Below are positions 58,650-64,000 of a stretch of 64,000 nucleotides of DNA, one piece after another. The notes beneath the pieces are model-generated. The model did not search any database. It had not been told where the DNA came from and saw only the letters and a list, made by a program, of their open reading frames with translations. Source of the DNA: Candidatus Limnocylindrales bacterium. GTDB lineage: Bacteria; Chloroflexota; Limnocylindria; Limnocylindrales; CSP1-4. Numbering within the stretch: position 1 is the stretch's first letter; every line of letters begins with the position of its first letter. The stretch covers positions 54,072 to 118,071 of the forward strand of contig JBBQLI010000001.1 in NCBI GenBank assembly GCA_038327765.1. Direction: 5' to 3'. The translations under genes and the position numbers were made by a program.

Positions 58650-59627
58650 ATGACCGACACCATCACCGCCGAAGGCCTCGTCAAGATCTATCGCGGCCGC
58701 AAGACCGAGGTCCGCGCCCTCGACGGGCTGGATCTCACCGTCTCCGAGGGCACCGTCCTGGGGCTGCTCGGGCCGAACGGCGCGGGCAAGACCACCACGG
58801 TCCGTATCCTCGCCACGCTCCTGAAGCCCGACGCCGGCCATGCGACCGTGGCCGGGTTCGACGTGGTGCGCGACGCCCAGAGACTCCGGTCCGTCATCGG
58901 CCTCTCTGGTCAATACGCGGCGATCGACGAGAACCTGACCGGTCGCGAGAACCTGTGGATGTTCGGGCGGCTCTACCAGCTCAAGAGTGCCGACGCCCGG
59001 CAGCGGGCCGGCGAGCTCCTCGACCAGTTCGACCTGGCCGACGCCGCGGACCGCACCGTCAAGACGTACTCCGGCGGCATGCGTCGTCGCCTCGACCTTG
59101 CGAGCGCGCTCATCGGACGCCCGCAGCTGCTCTTCCTGGATGAGCCCACCACGGGGCTCGATCCGCGCAGCCGCCTGGGCATGTGGGAGGTGATCCGCGG
59201 CCTGGTCCGTGGCGGGACGACCCTCCTGCTGACCACGCAATACCTCGAGGAGGCCGACGAGCTGGCCGACACGATCGCGGTGGTCAACCACGGGAAGATC
59301 ATCGCCCGGGGCACGGCCGACGAACTCAAGTCGCAGGTCGGCGGGGAACGGATCGAAGTGGTCGTCCACGGTCGCGCTGACGTGGCTCGCTCCATCGAGA
59401 TCCTCGCCCACATCGGCGGCGAGCGACCGGTGGTCGACGAGCACACCCGGAAACTGACGGTGGCCGCACATGGCGGCGCCGCTGTGCTGACCCAGGTGCT
59501 GCGCGAGCTCGATGAGGCGTCGATCGCGATCGATGACATCGGGCTGCGTCGCCCCACCCTCGATGACGTCTTCCTCAGCCTGACCGGTCACGCGTCGGCC
59601 GACGACGACACGGAGAACGCCGCATGA
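58650..59627 (+). CDS. ABC transporter ATP-binding protein (DrrA-like)
   Basis: GPNGAGKTT, YSGGMRRRL and LFLDEPTTGLD motifs. Confidence 0.85.
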   Translation: MTDTITAEGLVKIYRGRKTEVRALDGLDLTVSEGTVLGLLGPNGAGKTTTVRILATLLKPDAGHATVAGFDVVRDAQRLRSVIGLSGQYAAIDENLTGRENLWMFGRLYQLKSADARQRAGELLDQFDLADAADRTVKTYSGGMRRRLDLASALIGRPQLLFLDEPTTGLDPRSRLGMWEVIRGLVRGGTTLLLTTQYLEEADELADTIAVVNHGKIIARGTADELKSQVGGERIEVVVHGRADVARSIEILAHIGGERPVVDEHTRKLTVAAHGGAAVLTQVLRELDEASIAIDDIGLRRPTLDDVFLSLTGHASADDDTENAA

Positions 59628-60469
59628 CCGCATCCACGCGCACGACCTCCCTGCCCGCCCCTGACGGCGGCATCCGCCAGGCCGCCAGCGACGGCCTCGT
59701 GGTCATGTGGCGCAATCTCAAGCGCATCCCGCGGATCCCGGAGCTTGCGATCTTCGCGATCCTCCAGTCGATCATGTTCGTGCTGCTGTTCTCGGTGGTG
59801 TTCGGCGGCGCGATCGCGCTCCCCGGATTTCCCGGAGCGAATGCGTTCCGCGAATACCTGATGCCCGGGATCTTCGCCCAGACGATCGTGTTCGCCGCCG
59901 CGACGACGGCCGTGGGCATGGCCGACGACGTCAACAAGGGCCTGCTGGACCGCTTCCGTTCGCTGCCGATGGCGCGTTCCGCGGTGCTGACCGGACGGAC
60001 CCTCGCGGATGTCCTTTACAACGGCGGCATCCTGGTGGTGCTGATGCTGAGCGGGCTCGTGGTCGGGTGGACCGTCCGCACCGACATCCTCCAGTTCCTC
60101 GCCGGCGTCGGCCTGCTCCTCCTGTTCGCGTTCGCGATGTCGTGGCTGGGTGTCTGGCTGGGACTGTCCGTGCCGACCGTGGAGGTCGCCCAGCAGGTCG
60201 GCTTCACGGTGCTCTTTCCGATCACGTTCATCTCGAACGTGTTCGTCGCCACATCCACGCTGCCGTCCTGGCTCCAGCCGGTCGCGGAGTGGAACCCGAC
60301 AAGCACGCTGACTGCCTCGCTGCGCCATCTGTGGGGCAACCCGAACCCGGTCACCTCGACGAGCTTCCCCGCCCAGAACCCGATCCTCGTCACGCTGCTG
60401 TGGGTGGTCCTGTTCGTGGCGGTCTTCGGGACGCTCGGCGTCCGACGCTATCGCTCGATGAGCCGCTGA
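59624..60469 (+). CDS. ABC-2 type transporter permease (DrrB-like)
   Basis: 6-TM permease. ATGA overlap with the ATPase gene. Confidence 0.8.
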   Translation: MTASTRTTSLPAPDGGIRQAASDGLVVMWRNLKRIPRIPELAIFAILQSIMFVLLFSVVFGGAIALPGFPGANAFREYLMPGIFAQTIVFAAATTAVGMADDVNKGLLDRFRSLPMARSAVLTGRTLADVLYNGGILVVLMLSGLVVGWTVRTDILQFLAGVGLLLLFAFAMSWLGVWLGLSVPTVEVAQQVGFTVLFPITFISNVFVATSTLPSWLQPVAEWNPTSTLTASLRHLWGNPNPVTSTSFPAQNPILVTLLWVVLFVAVFGTLGVRRYRSMSR

Positions 60470-60479
60470 CAGCCAGGCC

Positions 60480-60809
60480 GTGGTCCTCCCTCCCGAGATC
60501 CTGCTCCTCGCGATCGCTCTGGTCCTGCTGCTGCTGATCCCCGCTCGGCGCCTCCAGCTGGCCGGGTTCTCGGGTCGGGCCATCGGGACCTACGGCGTCA
60601 TCCTGTGGCTGCTCGCGTTCCTGCTGGCCCTGCGACCGATCGGCGCGCGGTTCCTGATCCCGCTCCTGCTGATCGCGTACATCGCGCCGTTCGTGACCGC
60701 GCCACCGGTCCTGCGCCGGGTCCTGCGTCGCCGCATCGTCGCGCCGGTCACGGCGCCGCCGATGAAGAACGTCACGCCACCCGACGAGCGCGACGACTCG
60801 CCCTCCTGA
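60480..60809 (+). CDS. small membrane protein, hypothetical
   Basis: GTG start. Three hydrophobic helices. 109 aa. Confidence 0.4.
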   Translation: MVLPPEILLLAIALVLLLLIPARRLQLAGFSGRAIGTYGVILWLLAFLLALRPIGARFLIPLLLIAYIAPFVTAPPVLRRVLRRRIVAPVTAPPMKNVTPPDERDDSPS

Positions 60810-60823
60810 CCGCGGCTGACACC

Positions 60824-62014
60824 ATGCGGCACGACCTTGGCTGGCACCTGGATCCCGGCATCGTCTTCCTGAACCACGGTTCGTACGGTGCCTGCCCGGA
60901 ACCGATCCTCGCCGCACAGCGGGAACGCCGCGCCCGGTTGGAGTTCGAGCCCATCCGATTCCTCACGCACGACCTGTCCGGCTACATCGCCGAGGCGCGC
61001 GACGCGGTCGGGGCGTTCCTGCACGCCGACCCGGCCGGCCTCGCCTTCGTCCCGAACGCGACGACCGGGATCGACACCGTCCTTGCGAGCCTGCGCTTCG
61101 CACCAGGTGACGAACTGCTGACGGACGACCACGAGTACAACGCCACGCTGAATGCGCTGCGCGCTGCCGCTTCGCGCGACGGGGCACGCGTGGTCGTCGC
61201 GGCGATCCCCTTCCCGGTCGAATCTGCGGACCAGGTGGTCGAGGCGATCGCGGAGACCGTGACACCACGGACGCGGCTCGCCCTCCTCAGCCACGTCACC
61301 AGCACCACGGGGTTGGTGTTCCCCATCGAACGCCTGGTCGCCGAGCTGCGCGAGCGCGGCGTGGAGACCCTCGTTGACGCGGCGCACGCACCCGGGATGG
61401 TGCCGGTGGACGTGGATGCGCTTGGCGCCGCGTACTGGACCGGCAATGGGCACAAATGGCTCTGCGGGCCGAAGGGTGCGGCCATGCTGTGGGTCCGGGC
61501 GGACCTGCGCGAGGGGATCCATCCACTGGTCATCTCGCATGGTGCCAATGAACCGCTGGCCTCCTCGACGCGGTTTCGCATCGAGTTCGACTGGATGGGG
61601 ACCGCCGATCCCACCGCGGCGCTGACGCTGCCCGACGCGATCACCTGGATGGCCGCCCAGGTACCGGGCGGCTGGCCGGAGATCTTGGCGGCGAACCACG
61701 CGCTGGCCGTCCGCGGTCGCGACCGGTTGATCGGGGCGTTGGGGATCCCGGTGCCAGCACCGGATTCGATGCTCGGTTCGATGGCAGGCGTGCCCGTCGC
61801 TGCCCTTGCCACGGATGTCGAGGCGGCGGCGTTCGCGCAGCGGCTCTACGCCGAGGACCGGATCGAGGTGCCCATCACCGGGTGGCCGGTGCGGGCTGCG
61901 CGCGCCGACGGCCGCGATGCGCCGCGTGCAGCGGTCCTGCGGATCTCCGCGCAACGCTACAACGAACCGTCGGACTACGAGGCCCTGGCGTCAGCGCTTG
62001 TGCGCGCCGGATGA
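60824..62014 (+). CDS. class V aminotransferase-fold PLP enzyme (isopenicillin-N-epimerase/cysteine-desulfurase-like)
   Basis: FLNHGSYGACP N-terminus and PLP-Lys motif GNGHKWLCGPKG. Confidence 0.8.
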   Translation: MRHDLGWHLDPGIVFLNHGSYGACPEPILAAQRERRARLEFEPIRFLTHDLSGYIAEARDAVGAFLHADPAGLAFVPNATTGIDTVLASLRFAPGDELLTDDHEYNATLNALRAAASRDGARVVVAAIPFPVESADQVVEAIAETVTPRTRLALLSHVTSTTGLVFPIERLVAELRERGVETLVDAAHAPGMVPVDVDALGAAYWTGNGHKWLCGPKGAAMLWVRADLREGIHPLVISHGANEPLASSTRFRIEFDWMGTADPTAALTLPDAITWMAAQVPGGWPEILAANHALAVRGRDRLIGALGIPVPAPDSMLGSMAGVPVAALATDVEAAAFAQRLYAEDRIEVPITGWPVRAARADGRDAPRAAVLRISAQRYNEPSDYEALASALVRAG

Positions 62015-62760
62015 GCGCCCAGGGAGGGTCCATCGCCCTGCACGGTGGCCACGAATACCGGCCCGGCGACGAACCGTTCCTGCGCGAGTTGCTGCGCCTC
62101 GCGGCCGCACGTCCTGGCAGGCGCGATCGCTCGGACCCGATCCGGGTCTCGATCGTGCCGACGGCCGCGGCGCGAGGCCGTCCGGAACGTGCGGCGGCTG
62201 AGGGGGTCGAGGCATTCCAGCGGGTCGCGCGCGACGTGGTGCTGCTGACCGGCCGAGGGGTCGAGACCATGGTCATCCGGGTGGTCGACGCGGTGAGTGC
62301 CGCAGACCCGATGCTGGCCGATGCCCTGCGCATCTCGGATGTGATCCATTTCCCCGGCGGTGACCCCGACCTCATCCCCACGATCCTGCGTGGCACGCCG
62401 GTCTGGGCCGCCATCCTCGAAACGCTCGGCACGGGCGCGATCCTGGCGGGTGCGAGCGCCGGAGCGATGGCGCTGGGCGAGGTCACATGGACGCCCGACG
62501 GTCTGATCCCCGGGCTGGGTCTTGTCCCGGGCGTCGTGATCGCCCCGCATGCCGACGCCGATACATGGGACCGGGTGGTCCAGCGCTATGCGTCGGGTCT
62601 GTCGGCTCCGGTCGGGATCCTCGGGATCGCAGAGCAGACCGGCGTCATCGTGGGCTCGGACGGCATGTGGCGAGTCGTCGGGCAGGGCGAGGTCCGCTGG
62701 GCCGCTCCCGGCACGAGCGAGGTCCTCATCGTCACGGACGGGGCGACGTTCCGCCCGTAG
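62011..62760 (+). CDS. S51-family (peptidase E/cyanophycinase-like) class-I glutamine-amidotransferase-fold protein
   Basis: ATGA overlap with the upstream gene. GASAGAM nucleophile-elbow-like motif. Confidence 0.65.
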   Translation: MSAQGGSIALHGGHEYRPGDEPFLRELLRLAAARPGRRDRSDPIRVSIVPTAAARGRPERAAAEGVEAFQRVARDVVLLTGRGVETMVIRVVDAVSAADPMLADALRISDVIHFPGGDPDLIPTILRGTPVWAAILETLGTGAILAGASAGAMALGEVTWTPDGLIPGLGLVPGVVIAPHADADTWDRVVQRYASGLSAPVGILGIAEQTGVIVGSDGMWRVVGQGEVRWAAPGTSEVLIVTDGATFRP

Positions 62761-64000
62761 CCAGCGCCTCCAACCAGTCGACGATGCTGCCGTAGAACGT
62801 GGTCTCGCCGTCGGTCGGCCAGCCGAGCGCGAACCGCTGACCGGTCGCTGGATCGAGCGCGGTCACGAAGAGCAGGTACCGGTCGATGCCCGGGATGTGG
62901 CTGACGTCGATGCTGGCGTTCGGTTCGTCGAGCGGCGCCGGGATCTCGGCGATGGCATAGGGTCGGGCCGCGGAGGGATCGAGCGCGAACGGTCGGTCGA
63001 TGTCCGTCGGTAGCGATCGCCAGGCCTCGAGCCGGATGCCGCGCCAACCCTCGGCGACGAGCGCTGCCGCATCGACCGACGCGATGACCGACCCTTCATG
63101 CAGGGGCCCGACGTCGACGGTCGTGTCGGCCCGACCCAGGACGGGCGCCGCCACGCGATCGAAGCCGCTGGCAAGCCAGCGATCCTGGAGCGGCGGCGCA
63201 GGGATCGGTTCACTCGCTTGGGGCGATGCAGGCGTGAGACCCGAGAGCTGGAACCCGAGCGCCACGAACACGACCAGCATCAGGAAGAATCCTGCCGTCA
63301 GCATGCGCGAGAGGCGCGGCCACGAGGCTGGCCAGGACGGGAGCCGGTTGGCAAGCGGGCCCATGACCGGGAGGTGGCGGAGGAGCACACCAGGATCGAA
63401 CGGATGCTCGATACGGAGCGCCCCGACCGCGAACACCACCGGGATCGCAAGGGCAAGCAGGACGCTTGCCCAGACATACGAGGCCCGCACGGAGAGGACC
63501 GGGATCAGCAGGGCCAATGCGCCGATGATGGCCACGGGCGAACCGAGATCGCGCGCGCGCCGACCCGATCCGCGGGCCAGTCCGCGCACGAGGCCACGCG
63601 CGCCGAACCAGGCGGCCGCCCACAGGGCCGCGGCCACGAAGACGGTGTTCAGCCCCACGTCCGCGATCACCCGGAACGGATGACCGACTGCCTCGAGGAG
63701 CTGGCCGATCGCCGACACCGCCAGCAGGACCCCGACGCCGATGAGCGCACCCAAGAGGTAGCCGCGGACGCCGTCGCGACCACCCTGCCACAGGCCGCCG
63801 CCGACGGCTGCGAACAGGCGTCGCGTGGTCTGATGCGCCCGGCGGACCTCGTCGGCGATCGCCTCCGGCGACCCGAGCCGGTCGAGCGCGGCGCGTTCCG
63901 CCTGGGGCCGACTCAGGCCCCGGGCGATCCCGTCGTCGGTGGCATCCTCGATGTGGGCCGCCAGCTCCGAGCGCACGTCGGCTGTTTCCGCATCGGGCAT
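62732..64000 (-). CDS. polytopic membrane protein with cytoplasmic N-terminal helical domain (possibly starting at the window's last base)
   Basis: ORF runs to the window edge. Multiple TM helices plus a C-terminal soluble domain. Convergent 29-bp overlap with the S51 gene. Confidence 0.45.
   Translation of the reverse strand: MPDAETADVRSELAAHIEDATDDGIARGLSRPQAERAALDRLGSPEAIADEVRRAHQTTRRLFAAVGGGLWQGGRDGVRGYLLGALIGVGVLLAVSAIGQLLEAVGHPFRVIADVGLNTVFVAAALWAAAWFGARGLVRGLARGSGRRARDLGSPVAIIGALALLIPVLSVRASYVWASVLLALAIPVVFAVGALRIEHPFDPGVLLRHLPVMGPLANRLPSWPASWPRLSRMLTAGFFLMLVVFVALGFQLSGLTPASPQASEPIPAPPLQDRWLASGFDRVAAPVLGRADTTVDVGPLHEGSVIASVDAAALVAEGWRGIRLEAWRSLPTDIDRPFALDPSAARPYAIAEIPAPLDEPNASIDVSHIPGIDRYLLFVTALDPATGQRFALGWPTDGETTFYGSIVDWLEALATGGTSPRP

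Overview
This 64 kb window is a very high-GC (about 70%+), gene-dense chromosomal segment of actinobacterial type. I saw no transposases, integrases or CRISPR arrays. It is mostly core and accessory metabolism: ilvD, a fabD/KAS-KAS fatty-acid cluster, KorAB, proC, potABCD, a ctaCDE aa3-type oxidase locus, ABC and MFS transporters, and several peptidases.

The observations I would follow up first:
- The aa3 oxidase locus carries three type-1 blue-copper (cupredoxin) domains. One is fused to the C-terminus of subunit II. A second follows a duplicated CtaF-like membrane module. A third is on a separate cupredoxin lipoprotein next to a 7Fe ferredoxin. This looks like a blue-copper-wired terminal oxidase.
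- A perfect palindrome, TACTCCC-N-GGGAGTA, occurs exactly twice. One copy overlaps the copA start. The other lies upstream of a 56-aa YHS-domain gene that the ORF track missed. This is a candidate copper-repressor regulon whose regulator is not in the window.
- A translationally coupled crp, GAF and leaderless S8 subtilase operon sits next to an MFS transporter fused to a cyclic-nucleotide-binding domain. A third cNMP-binding gene starts at the left edge of the window.
- CBS-domain proteins bracket korAB.
- A truncated, nonsense-containing copy of an ECF sigma gene, including its promoter, lies next to a low-GC tandem repeat and an initiator tRNA-Met. This looks like a possible integration scar.

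Many long antisense ORFs in the track are typical high-GC artefacts and I rejected them.
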